Assembly (NCBI GenBank): GCA_002269645.1
Contig: NIVC01001425.1
Coordinates: forward strand, 227,478-291,477
Length of the DNA stretch: 64,000 nucleotides
Reading direction: 5' to 3'
Origin: Macrostomum lignano
Taxonomy: Eukaryota
The notes under the pieces were generated by a model. That model did not search any database and was not told the origin of the DNA. It saw only the letters and a list, made by a program, of their open reading frames with translations. The position numbers were made by a program, and so were the translations under genes. Positions 1 to 12,371 of this stretch are shown here, piece after piece. Positions within the stretch are counted from its first letter, which is position 1; each line of letters starts with the position of its first letter.

Positions 1-913
1 CTGGTGTAATTAAACCCTCCAGCTCTGCACCGTCACGCCATCTGCCTTCCGGGTCGGCAATCCTCCGCTGTGTTTATTCACCGATAGTCACTAATATGAG
101 AAGTCAGGCAGTTAAAGATCAGCTGTCTCCCAACCCTGCCTAGATTGGTGGCATCGTGCCATTATTTTGGAGATCTGTTTGCCCGTTGTCAAGGACCTCA
201 AGGTCTCTAAGTTAGACAGCAGAGGGGAATGAGAAATAGACAGAGATCTCAGAAGGGAACGAGTGGGCTGCTCTCTGAGGTGGTTATTGACCCTCCTGTC
301 AAGGTAAGTGCCTAGCTGTGTCTTCCGGGTGGAGCAGTGTGTGACGCAGAGAGCTGCAGGAAAGATCAGTGTCTCTGGTTCGCCTTCACTTTCCACTCCC
401 CGAGTGAGTAGAGGCGGGGAGGGTGGGTTTCGGTTTGTAAACAGTTCCCCGAGGCTTAAGCCTCTTGTATTCGACAGCCTAGACTGCCAAACACTAGCTG
501 CGCGTCCCGGCGTCTTGTCAAAAGAGCAATTTCTATTAATCTCTTGCCAGACCTTTTGTTGAGTTGTATTTCATTTTGCTTTGCGCTAAGCTCGATAGCT
601 GTCTCGTGTCTTTAACTATTCTCTTTTTTAAAAGCAGAGAGAACACTGGCGGCTCTATCTGACCACTAATTACCAGAGCTGTGGCTCACTGCGCGACCCT
701 GCTGCTCAAACACGGAATAATTCATCAAATAAAAGTTGACCAAGAGTGACGAAGAAGTGAGGGTTGTCTGTCTATCAGTCTGCCTGATTATCCTACTTGC
801 TGAGACTGTCTTCTTGTCTGGCACCTCTGTTGCAGACTGGATGGAAATAAGTAATAAGAACCCTGCTAGATTGCAAGGGTACAGCAAAAAAACAGAAACT
901 CGATTGACTTTGA

Positions 914-1548
914 GCCATAGACTATATGGGTGAAGCTTATGACTCCGCTGTTAGCATTCAGTGCGGTTTGGCCATAGACTATATGGGTGAAGCTTATGGC
1001 TCCGCTGTTAGCATTCAGTGCGGTTTGGCCATAGACTATATTGGTGAAGCTTATGGCTCCACTGTTAGCCTTGAGCTCGGCTTGGCCATAGACTATATGG
1101 GTAAAGCTTATGGCTCCGCTGTTAGCATTCAGTGCGGTTTGGCCATAGACTATATTGGTGAAGTTTATGGCTCCACTGTTAGCCTTGAGCTCGGCTTGGC
1201 CATAGACTATATGGGTGAAGCTTATGGCTCGGCTGTTAGCATTCAGTGCGGTTTGGCCATAGACTATATGGGTGAAGCTTATGGCTCCACTGTTAGCCTT
1301 GAGCTCGGCTTGGCCATAGACTATATGGGTAAAGCTTATGGCTCCGCTGTTAGCATTCAGTGCGGTTTGGCCATAGACTATATGGGTGAAGCTTATGGCT
1401 CGGCTGTTAGCATTCAGTGCGGTTTGGCCATAGACTGTATGGGTGAAGCTTATGGCTCGGCTGTTAGCATTCAGTGCGGTTTGGCCATAGACTATATGGG
1501 TGAAGCTTACGGCGCCCCTGTTTGCCTTGAGCTCGGCTTGGCCATAGA
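914..1548. repeat. 57-bp minisatellite, 11 copies, two unit variants
   Basis: GCCATAG recurs at 914, 971, 1028 ... 1541 (period 57). It explains ORFs 866..1582 and 926..1588. Confidence 0.95.
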
Positions 1549-2257
1549 TATTCGCTGCAAAGCTACTAATGTTAAAGAACAAACATAGAGACAGCAGAAT
1601 ACTCCGATTTTTCCAAAGCAGCGATAGAGAGGACAGGAACTATATAAGGAAACAAAGACTAGTACAATAATATCAATCGATACGATTTAAAACATTGTAT
1701 TGAATAGAAACTTTAGAATAGCGAGTGCAAGGAGCAGAAGATAGCTTGCAAGCTCAGTTAACTCTGGGAATAGCTTAGCATTTCAGTTAGACAGGGAGAC
1801 AGTGCGCAGTGGTGGCAGTGCTGACTATTTCTAACACAGCAACTTAGGAATTATATAGTACACAGGATTTCTCAGTACAGTTAGAGGTCAGTAAGCATCT
1901 TAAATCATAAATCGTATCAGTCGCTTTCAATTTAAGTTTTTAGACAACAGCGTTTTTTAAATGAAATTATTACGCGTTTAAAATCGCGCCACAGTTCTTT
2001 TATAACAAATAAACACAAAAATGCGTTAACGCTGTAATATTAGATGAGTTGACACAGAACGACAACACAGGACAGAAGGGACTTTTAATCAGACAAATAA
2101 AAGTTTGGCTACAAGTCATTGCATTTACTCCAAAATTGCTAAGGGTATTACATTCATGCTCATCTCATCAATAGACAACTATATAAAGTGCATTAGTGAG
2201 ATAGTGGAAACTGTTCGAGTTAGGCCTTAAAGTGTCTTCTTGGTATTGCTTTGGAAA

Positions 2258-2585
2258 GTTAAGGGATTGGGAAGTTTAGGGATTGGGAAGTTAAGGGATT
2301 GGGAAGTTTAGGGATTGGGAAGTTAAGGGATTGGGAAGTTTAGGGATTGGGAAGTTTAGGGATTGGGAAGCTTAGGGATTGGGAAGTTTAGGGATTGGGA
2401 AGCTTAGGGATTGGGAAGTTTAGGGATTGGGAAGGTAAGGGATTGGGAAGTTAAGGGATTGGGAAGTTTAGGGATTGGGAATTTTAGGGATTGGGAAGTT
2501 AAGGGATTGGGAAGTTTAGGGATTGGGAAGTTAAGGGATTGGTAATTTAAGGGATTGAGAAGTTTAGGGATTGGGAAGTTAAGGG
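2258..2585. repeat. 16-17-bp G-rich minisatellite (GTTTAGGGATTGGGAA / GTTAAGGGATTGGGAA), about 20 copies
   Basis: Directly visible tandem units with GGG runs and TTAGGG. Confidence 0.95.
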
Positions 2586-2699
2586 AAAACAGCCCCTAAA
2601 CCAAAGAACATTTTGGCATTAAACTTGAGGACAGCTAAACTTGTTACAGCATGACTCGAAAACGATGCGCTTTTTCTACTTAAAAAATTGTCTATGGAC

Positions 2700-3765
2700 T
2701 CAATTCGCTGATGATGAAGCTGCCGGCAGCTGGACCCTCCTCCTCGAGGCCTCCTCACTCTTAGCCGGCACTCCACTGTCGGTGTCAACCTCTGCCTCCT
2801 CGCCGGGACCGCCGCTAATCAGGGAGTCAATCTTGGAGAAATCCCCCTTAGAAACGGTCGATGCCGGCGACTGCGTCGGCAGCTGACGGTAGAATTGTCG
2901 GAGAAACGACGGCACGGACCATTGGCCGCTCTGCTGTCCGCCCGCTGAGCTCGAAGGAGGACCCGTCAGCGGCCACCCGCCCGGCCCTCCGGCGGCTGCT
3001 GCTGCCGCGGCGGCGGCTGCGGCGGCTGCGGCAACGGCGGCTGGCGGCATCGGAGGCGGAGGAGGCGGCGGCGGCGGTGGCGGCAGCGGCGGCGGTGGCA
3101 ACTGCGGATGCGCAAAGTTGAACACCGGCGGAGACGGCAGGGCGAAGGACCCGCCGGTTGACAAAGATCCGGTTGACGTCAGCGGAGGCGGAGGCGGTGG
3201 CAGCGCGCTGGTTGCTAAAGTGCGTTGATAGTGCTGCAGGTACTGCAGGTACTGCAGGTGCTGCAGGTGCTGCAGGTGCTGCTGAAGCTGGTGCTGCCTG
3301 CCGCTGCTGCCAGGCCGGTGCAGAGGCTGGTGCAGCCAGGGCTGGTGCAGCAGCAGCTGCTCGTGCAGCATCGGGCCGGCTCTGGCCGCCGCCGAGACGG
3401 CGTTCGGCGACGCCGCGCCGCGCTGTCGACATCTCGCCGACGGCCGGGCGGCCCGACTGGCCGCCAGCAGGGCCCGACGACGACGTTCGGGCGTCGCCGG
3501 CCTCGACAATCTGGCGGCAGCGTCGGCATCGGCATCGGCGTCAACCTCGAAGTCTTCGGCGTCGTTGTCGTCCGTGTCTTCATCGTTATCGACGTCCGGG
3601 TCGTCGTCGGTTCCGGCGGCGGCGAGAGCGTAGGCACCCCGCTGCTGCTGGCGATGCTGCTGCTGGTGGTGATGAAGGAGGCCGCCGCTCAGGCAGCTGG
3701 ACTGCGCCCTGCGATGCTCCATCATTGACGACTGGCTGCCGGGGATGAGGCAGTCGCCCAGCTTC
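2700..3765 (-). CDS. TBX2: T-box transcription factor TBX2/3 family, exon 5 (terminal; low-complexity Q/H/A/P-rich C-terminus)
   Basis: Acceptor ctcatacAG at 3767-3766. Phase matches exon 4 (AT+G=Met, then KLGDCLIPGSQSSMMEH, continuing into ORF 2700..3725). TGA at 2702-2700. The late motif DFSKIDSLISG resembles the TBX2/3 C-terminal ELQSIQRLVSG. The five exons sum to 1959 nt = 652 aa + stop. Confidence 0.85.
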
Positions 3766-3964
3766 CTGTATGAGGAGATGATGGGAGCGGCAATTTTTAT
3801 GGCATTGTCATGACAACGGCTCGGCGTTAGAGGGATGCGAAATGGAGGCTCAGAGATGAAATCGTAACTAAACCAAAACCTGACAGATTTACTGACACAT
3901 TTTCTGGTAGTTTTGCAAGTTTTTTTCAGAGGTCAGCACATTTATTTAGCAAGAGACTTATGAC

Positions 3965-5262
3965 TGGCACATCACTGAGAAACGGCTGACACACTGAGAA
4001 ACAGCTGACACATCACTAAGAAATATCTGACACATCACTGAGAAATATCTGACACATCATTAAGAAATATCTGACACATCACTGAGAAATATCTGACACA
4101 TCATTAAGAAATATCTGACACATCACTGAGAAATATCTGACACATCACTAAGAAATATCTGACACATCACTAAGAAATATCTGACACATCACTGAGAAAT
4201 GTCTGACACATCACTGAGAAACGGCTGACACATCACTAAGAAATATCTGACACATCACTGAGAAAAATCTGACACATCACTGAGAAACGGCTGACACACC
4301 ACTAAGAAACAGCTGACACATCACTGAGAAACAAACAGCTGACACATCACTGAGAAACAAACAGCTGACACATCACTGAGAAACAAACAGCTGACACATC
4401 ACTGAGAAACAAACAGCTGACACATCACTGAGAAACAAACAGCTGACACATCACTAAGAAACAGCTGACACATAACTAAGAAACAGCTGACACATCACTA
4501 AGAAACAGCTGACACATCACTAAGAAACAGCTGACACATCACTGAGAAACAAACAGCTGACACATCACTAAGAAACAGCTGACACATCACTAAGAAACAG
4601 CTGACACATCACTAAGAAACAGCTGACACATCACTAAGAAACAGCTGACACTTCACTAAGAAACAGCTGACACTTCACTAAGAAACAAACAGCTGACACA
4701 TCACTAAGAAACAGCTGACACATCACTGAGAAACAAACAGCTGACACATCACTGAGAAACAAACAGCTGACACATCACTAAGAAACAGCTGACACATCAC
4801 TGAGAAACAAACAGCTGACACATCACTAAGAAACAGCTGACACATCACTGAGAAACAAACAGCTGACACATCACTAAGAAACAACTGACACATCACTGAG
4901 AAACAAACAGCTGACACATCACTAAGAAACAGCTGACACATCACTAAGAAACAGCTGACACATCACTAAGAAACAGCTGACACATCACTAAGAAACAGCT
5001 GACACATCACTGAGAAACAGCTGACACATCACTAAGAAACAGCTGACACATCACTAAGAAACAGCTGACACATCACTGAGAAACAAACAGCTGACACATC
5101 ACTAAGAAACAGCTGACACATCACTAAGAAACAGCTGACACATCACTGAGAAACAAACAGCTGACACATCACTAAGAAACAGCTGACACATCACTGAGAA
5201 ACAAACAGCTGACACATCACTAAGAAACAGCTGACACATCACTAAGAAACAGCTGACACATC
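3965..5262. repeat. 22/26-bp minisatellite (CTGACACATCACTAAGAAAC[AAAC]AG) filling T-box intron 4
   Basis: Tandem units seen directly. Confidence 0.95.
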
Positions 5263-5288
5263 AAAGAAAAAGCGCTCAGGAAACGTAC

Positions 5289-5515
5289 ATTTTCTTAGAG
5301 CTGCGGCCTCCACCAGTGTCTCTGAACCCTTTGGCAAAGGGATTGTGATCAATTTTTAATTGGGTGATTTTCTCATTCTGATAGGCTGTCACAGCGATGA
5401 AGGCGGTCTCGTTGAACACAAACGATCGGAACGAAGCGTACGGCAGCTTCATCATATCGTTGGCGCGAACAAGGTGAAACCGGGGCTGGTACTTGTGCAT
5501 GGAGTTCAGGATTGT
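5289..5515 (-). CDS. TBX2: T-box TBX2/3 exon 4 ([20 protein letters not shown]...[19 protein letters not shown])
   Basis: Canonical C-terminal half of the T-box. Acceptor ttgcAG at 5517-5516, donor GTACGT from 5288. Confidence 0.97.
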
Positions 5516-5576
5516 CTGCAATAGTTAAGTTAGGTGGGTTGGAATTCTATTAAAAGTTACAGCGAAATTCTTGGTT

Positions 5577-6420
5577 GTTTGATTAAAACCCAGAACTGGA
5601 ATCAAGGGTTTTTTGGCCAAACCCAGAACTGGAATCAAGGGTTTATTGGCCAAACCCCAATATGGAATCAAGGGTTTATGGGCTAAACCCCAAACTGGAA
5701 TCAAGGGTTTATGGGCTAAACCCCAAACTGGAATCAAGGGTTTATGGGCTAAACCCCAAAATGGAATCAATGGGTTTGTTGGCCAAACACAGAACTGGAA
5801 TCAAGGGTTTATTGGCTAAACCCAAACTGAAATCAAGGGTTTATTGGCTAAACACAGAACTGGAATCAAGGGTTTATTGGCTAAACCCCAATATGGAATA
5901 AAGGGTTTATTGATTAAACCCCAGATTGGAATCAAGGGTCTATTGGCTAAACCTCAAACTGGAATCAAGGGTTTATTGGCTAAACACAGAACTGGAATCA
6001 AGGGTTTATTGGCTAAACACAGAACTGGAATCAAGGGTTTATTGGCTAAACCCCAATATGGAATAAAGGGTTTATTGATTAAACCCCAGATTGGAATCAA
6101 GGGTTTATTGGCTAAACCTCAAACTGGAATCAAGGGTCTATTGGCTAAACCTCAAACTGGAATCAAGGGTCTATTGGCTAAACCTCAAACTGGAATCAAG
6201 GGTCTTTTGGCTAAACACAGAACTAGATTCAAGGGTCTTTTGGCTAAACACAGAACTAGATTCAAGGGTTTATTGGCTAAACCCCAGATTGGAATCAAGG
6301 GTTTATTGGCTAAACCTCAAACTGGAATCAAGGGTTTATTGGCTAAACCTCAAACTGGAATCAAGGGTTTATTGGCTAAACCTCAAACTGGAATCAAGGG
6401 TTTATTGGCTAAACCCCAAT
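5577..6420. repeat. 33-bp minisatellite (GGAATCAAGGGTTTATTGGCTAAACCCCAAACT) in T-box intron 3
   Basis: Tandem units; gives the spurious GIKGLLAKPQT repeat ORFs. Confidence 0.95.
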
Positions 6421-6734
6421 CTGAAATCTAAGCGCCACAATTTTTCAGTTTCATTTTCAATTTTCAAAACTTCAAACTTCAACTCGAACTACTATAGTCT
6501 GCATTTGTATTGCGTAATTTTTCTGAATCAGGGGCGCCCTGGTTTAAAGTGACTATTTTAGTAATCAGTCGCTTTGATAGTGATCAACAGCAGCTATTGA
6601 AATTCCGATGAAATATTGAAGATTGAAGACTGAAAGAATGAAGAACTTGGCAGGAGGTTGGTGGGTGTGGGCTGAAGCTTTAGTTGAAAATTAGCATGCA
6701 TTACGCAATTGTGCGTTTGAAGGGGGAGAGGGAG

Positions 6735-7925
6735 AAAAGGGCCGGAAAGACGGGGCGGTAAAAAGGGGCGGAAAGACCGGGCGGAGAGACGGGGCGGAAA
6801 GAAAGGGCGGAAAGACGGGGCGGAGAGATGGAGCGAAGAGACGGAGCGGAAAGACGGGGCGGAGAGAAGGGGCGGAGAGAAGGGGCGGAGAGACGGAGCG
6901 GAAAGACGGAGCGGAGAGAAGGGGCGGAGAGAAGGGGCGGAGAGACGGGGCGGAGAGAAGGGGCGGAGAGACGGGGCGGAGAGACGGAGCGGAAAGACGG
7001 GGCGGAGAGAAGGGGCGGAGAGAAGGGGCGGAGAGACGGGGCGGAGAGACGGAGCGGAAAGATAGGCCGGAGAGAAGGGGCGGAGAGACGGGGCGGAAAG
7101 ACGGGGCGGAGAGATGGAGCGAAGAGACGGAGCGGAAAGACGGAGCGGAGAGAAGGGGCGGAGAGACGGGGCGGAGAGACGGAGCGGAAAGACGGAGCGG
7201 AGAGAAGGGGCGGAGAGACGGGGCGGAGAGAAGGGGCGGAGAGACGGGGCGGAGAGAAGAGGCGGAGAGATGGGGCGGAGAGACGGAGCGGAGAGACGGA
7301 GCGGAAAGACGGGGCGGAGAGAAGGGGCGGAGAGACGGGGCGGAGAGACGGGGCGGAGAGACGGAGCGGAAAGACGGGGCGGAGAGAAGGGGCGGAGAGA
7401 CGGGGCGGAGAGAAGGGGCGGAGAGACGGGGCGGAAAGACGGGGCGGAGAGAAGGGGCGGAGAGACGGGGCGGAGAGAAGGGGCGGAGAGACGGAGCGGA
7501 AAGACGGGGCGGAGAGACGGGGCGGAGAGACGGAGCGGAAAGACGGGGCGGAGAGAAGGGGCGGAGAGAAGGGGCGGAGAGACGGGGCGGAGAGACGGAG
7601 CGGAAAGACGGGGCGGAGAGAAGAGGCGGAGAGACGGGGCGGAGAGAAGGGGCGGAGAGACGGGGCGGAGAGAAGAGGCGGAGAGATGGGGCGGAGAGAC
7701 GGAGCGGAGAGACGGAGCGGAAAGACGGGGCGGAGAGAAGGGGCGGAGAGACGGGGCGGAGAGACGGGGCGGAGAGACGGGGCGGAGAGAAGGGGCGGAG
7801 AGACGGGGCGGAGAGACGGGGCGGAGAGACGGAGCGGAAAGACGGGGCGGAGAGACGGGGCGGAGAGACGGAGCGGAAAGACGGGACGGAGAGAAGGGGC
7901 GGAGAGACGGGGCGGAGAGAAGTGG
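6735..7925. repeat. 13-bp purine-rich minisatellite (ACGGGGCGGAGAG and variants) in T-box intron 3
   Basis: About 90 tandem units; gives spurious 282-414 aa ORFs. Confidence 0.95.
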
Positions 7926-9494
7926 CGCAGAGGAAAGCGAAGCACTCTTTCTTAGCTTTTAACGAGCGCCCAATTCAGCGATTGGAAAGAATGCGCGCAG
8001 CGGCTGCGGTGAAAGCAAAAATTGTCGAAAAATTCGACCGTTGTCGAATGCATTCGGTGCTAGAGGCGCCTGTGAGGGGTCTTTTGGAGAAGGCCACTGT
8101 GGCCCCCTGCTGCGGTGAGGGAAGAGGATAGAAAGAGGAGAAAATGGGAGAGACTGAAGAGGAACAGGAAGCGAGGATGAGGCGAGCAGTCAGGTCTGAT
8201 TAGGCTTGGCAGCAAATTTTTTTCTTTGAAGCCGGGCAGCGGCGGCAGCGGCGGCGGTGGCGGCGGCAGCTCTCCTAAGATGAGAGAGCGAGAAGGGGCT
8301 TAAGGGGGGAGGGAAGGGAGGTCCCAGTTTTCCTCTCCAACTGGGCGGGGATCGCGCATTCCTCAGTAGCAGCTTGGGGCAGTTCTGCAGCCAACCGCGG
8401 CCGGGTCCCGACCTCTCCTGATGGCCCGTTGCATGCCCGGCTAAATTTACAACTTCCTTCCTGCCACGCAGCGGGGCCTGTCGATAATTCACGATGGCGG
8501 CGCACGGAGGAGGCTCTCGGGGGATGGAGACAGTCTTGAGGGGATGGGGAGGGAGTTGGGGCTTCCGTCAGCTTCCTGTCTGACCAGTCAAGGCGATGCG
8601 GACAATGTCCTCATGTCTGCTGACAGATGGACCAACCGCAGGTGAGGCAGGCGGATTATTCGTTTGGATTTCGCGGAAGAGAAAGTCAACTGGAATTAAT
8701 CCGGGCTTAAAGTCTCGAATTCTCCTGAGCTTTCAACCTGCCACTGGATTCGCTCAGTCAGTCACTCTCGCTCTCACTCTCTCTATAATATTCTCTATTT
8801 CTTAAAACAATATTTGCTCAACCCTGAGAGAGCTGCCACGGCATGAGCTGACAAGCGCTGCTTCTGGCTACCGCTGCCCCCGACCCAGTCTTGGATCAAC
8901 AGCCAACAGTCAGCTTGGCGCCCCCGGGAAACTGTTCTTTTTTGTGCAGACACTTTTCGAACTCACCGCGCTCGTTGTGGCAAGAGAAATATTGGGCAAA
9001 TATTTTCCAATCATGTTGTGGAATTTCTAATTTTTTGGGAGAAGAGGACGGAGAGGTCCATGAAGCCTGCTTGATTCTGCTGCAGGGCATTCGCCCCTCG
9101 CTACACATCAACCAGCCAACGAATGCATCAACTCCTTCATAAACGTATATCGCGTTACGGCCAAAATGCCTAAGATTGGGCAGCAGACAGAGTGTCTGTC
9201 TGTCTGTCTGTCCGTCTGTCTGTGTGCCTGGCTGTCTGCTTTTTCAGTGGCGCCAGAGGCCAAAGCTGCCGCAGCTGAGGTCTGAGTTTTTTCCCTTTAC
9301 ATTTAAATTTTTTAGGCAAGTTTGTGCAGATTTGTTTGCGGAGCACGGAGTTCAGTTTCATGGGGCGCACAAAGGGTGCCGCCCATGCTTGCAGGGACTG
9401 ACCTTGTTAAACTGTCCAGCAACACCATTTTTAATGTGATTTTTTGAACGGATGACCAAGCGGTAGCAGTGAAAAATACAAGTCGAATAAAGTG

Positions 9495-9870
9495 ATGAGA
9501 TCTCAGATGAGACGTATCGATGAGATCTCAGATGAGACGTATCGATGAGATCTCAGATGAGACGTATCGATGAGATCTCAGATGAGACGTATCGATGAGA
9601 TCTCAGATGAGACATATCGATGAGATCTCAGATGAGACGTATCGATGAGATCTCAGATGAGACTCATCGATGAGATCTCAGATGAGACGTATCGATGAGA
9701 TCTCAGATGAGACGTATCGACGAGATCCAGTTAAGACGCATCTATGAGATCTCAAATGAGACGCATCTATGAGATCTCAGATAAGACACACCTATGAGAT
9801 CTCAGATGAGGCGCATCTATCTCTATGAGATTTCAACTGAGACGCATCTATAAGATCTCAAATGAGACAA
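9495..9870. repeat. 25-bp minisatellite (GATGAGATCTCAGATGAGACGTATC) in T-box intron 3
   Basis: Tandem units containing the palindrome TGAGATCTCA. Confidence 0.93.
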
Positions 9871-9892
9871 TTTTAACATCTGAAACAGTTTA

Positions 9893-10102
<210 letters not shown>

Positions 10103-10124
10103 TTAAGAGGATAAAATTTTTTGT

Positions 10125-10732
10125 TGCTTTGCTATGCGTTTCTATGAATTACTATTCATTGCTATGCGTTGCTATGCGTTGCTATGCGTTGCTATGCGTT
10201 GCTATGCGTTGCTATGCGTTGCTATGCGTTGCTATGCGTTGCTATGCGTTGCTTTGCGTTGCTATGCGTTTCTATGCGTTGCTATGCGTTGCTATGCGTT
10301 GCTATGCGTTGCTATGCGTTGCTATGCGTTGCTATGCGTTGCTATGCGCTGCTATGCGTTGCTATGCATTTCTATGAGTTACTTTGTATGTAGCTATTCT
10401 TTCGCTATGCGTTGCTATGCATTACTATGCGTTGCTTTGCATTAATATGCGTTGCTATGCATTACTATGCGTTGCTATGCATTACTATGCGTTGCTATGC
10501 ATTACTATGCGTTGCTTTGCATTACTATGCGTTGCTTTGCATTACTATGCGTTGCTATGCATTACTATGCGTTGCTATGCATTACTATGCGTTGCTATGC
10601 ATTACTATGCGTTGCTTTGCATTACTATGCGTTGCTATGCATTACTATGCGTTGCTTTGCATTACTATGCGTTGCTTTGCATTACTATGCGTTGCTATGC
10701 ATTACTATGCGTTGCTATGCGTTGCTACGCAT
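10125..10732. repeat. 10-bp (GTTGCTATGC) and derived 20-bp (ATTACTATGCGTTGCTATGC) satellite in T-box intron 2
   Basis: Tandem units seen directly. Confidence 0.95.
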
Positions 10733-10766
10733 TTATTTGAAACTTTATGACATAATTTAAGATCAC

Positions 10767-10862
10767 CTGCAGTCGTCCATCGGTACAATATCCATCAGCA
10801 TGATGTACTTGGCTCGCTTGTCCAGGCCGGACACTTTAGCTTTGAACGGTGGGAACATGCGA
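10767..10862 (-). CDS. TBX2: T-box TBX2/3 exon 2 ([32 protein letters not shown])
   Basis: Hand translation; acceptor tatttcAG, donor GTGATC; phases fit exons 1 and 3. Confidence 0.97.
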
Positions 10863-11959
10863 CTGAAATATCGGGTGAGGTCAAATCAATTGAAGATTGA
10901 TTGCTTCAGATCTGCTTGATTGACGTTTGAACTCAAATTTGAAAATAGCCAAATAGGAAAATGACATGAGAGCATTGTTTAGTTTAACGATTGATCCGAG
11001 GGTATAACTGAGACGGTCTTGACAAAATATACAAATTTGATTACTAATGGCACATGAGTGCCTGTTTAAAAAATGGCATCCAACAATGATACTCAGTGAG
11101 CTCAGTCTCACCCCAAAAGCATTCAGATTGCTAACACAACAGAATCTGCAGTGGCGGTGAGATGAACACTCAGATAAATTCTCTCCTATACCAGTAAAAA
11201 TTGGCTTTTAAACACGGTGTGGCTGCAGCATCTGCAGCTGAGAGGATATCTACTCCATCATGTTGGTAGCGTCAAGTCTCTCTCTCAAGTCACCTACCAA
11301 TGCTGTGACGATGGTTATAAAAGATAGTAACGCTTGTCGTTACTAAAATCGTTGAAAAAATCTATAAGAACTGTGCAGGCGTGTCACACCGCATGCAGGA
11401 ATTCAATATTGATAAGATGGAGTCTGCAGGGAATCGCTCTGGCTATAAGGTTGCCATGCCAGACGAAAATGTTAGAGATTTTTGCTAACGGACAGAACAA
11501 CCATGCAGCAATAAACATCCCCTTGACGGCTTCTGGCCAAGCGCCGGAAAAATACCTCCCCCCTTCCCCGAGTTTAATGACCTCCCCTTGGCGTCGCTGG
11601 CAGGTCGCGCCGAAGTATTTAGGATTAGGGGGGATCTGATAAGGTGGAGACAAGTGAGAACCAGGTAGATTAGAAGTGTGGAGATAAAAAGACCGCTTGG
11701 GGGACCAGAGGGCCACCGGATTCCTGCATTTGCCCTGTTGCGCAGTAAATAAAACTGATAGGGAGACAAGCAGGCGCCAAAATGCGCTGCATATCTAGAC
11801 AGTGGCGGCGACTGTGGAAGCCTGACCCACTTTATAAAGGCCTGGGGACCGCATCAATGAAAACTGTTCTTCATATATGTTAATGACCCAATAAACTAGA
11901 AATATGCAGAATTATTGCAATTCCAATGCAGCTTTTCTGAAAAATCTAATGTAGCTCTT

Positions 11960-12250
11960 CTAATGAAACCCTAATGCAGCTCTTCTAATGAAACCCTAAT
12001 GCATCTCTTCTAATGAAACCCTAATGCAGCTCTTCTAATGAAACCCTAATGTAGCTCTTCTAATGAAACCCTAATGCAGCTCTTCTAATGAAACCCTAAT
12101 GCAGCTCTTCTAATGAAACCCTAATGCAGCTCTTCGAATGAAACCCTAATGCAGCTCTTCTAATGAAACCCTAATGCAGCTCTTCTAATGAAACCCAAAT
12201 GCAGCTCTTCTAATGAACCCCTAGTGCAGCTCTTCTAATGAAACCCTAAC
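11960..12250. repeat. 25-bp minisatellite (TAATGCAGCTCTTCTAATGAAACCC) in T-box intron 1
   Basis: Tandem units; contains AACCCTAA across unit junctions. Confidence 0.93.
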
Positions 12251-12371
12251 GATGTCCCACTGAAATTCTAATCGTGCTCAATTGAACTTCTAATGCAATT
12301 TTAATGTATTTTAAGCCATAAACGCCCAAGATAAGGCAGAAGCGATAGCACGACAGAACGAGTTCACCAAC

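Noticed and set aside
1-900. Possible LTR or exon fragment at the window start
   Set aside because: No matching second copy, TSD, PBS or recognisable protein within the window.
2848-3748. Overlapping and antisense ORFs over T-box exon 5, and similarly over ONECUT exon 2 (52110-52965)
   Set aside because: Expected shadow ORFs of very GC-rich, trinucleotide-repeat coding sequence; no independent domain.
5613-7962. Long repeat ORFs (195-414 aa) such as GIKGLLAKPQT and GAERRGGETGRRD
   Set aside because: They lie inside T-box intron 3 and simply translate stop-free minisatellites. The same applies to ORFs at 10.1-10.7, 14.7-16.7, 28-29.6, 39, 42.7-44.3, 46-49, 57.5-58.3 and 61.8-64 kb.
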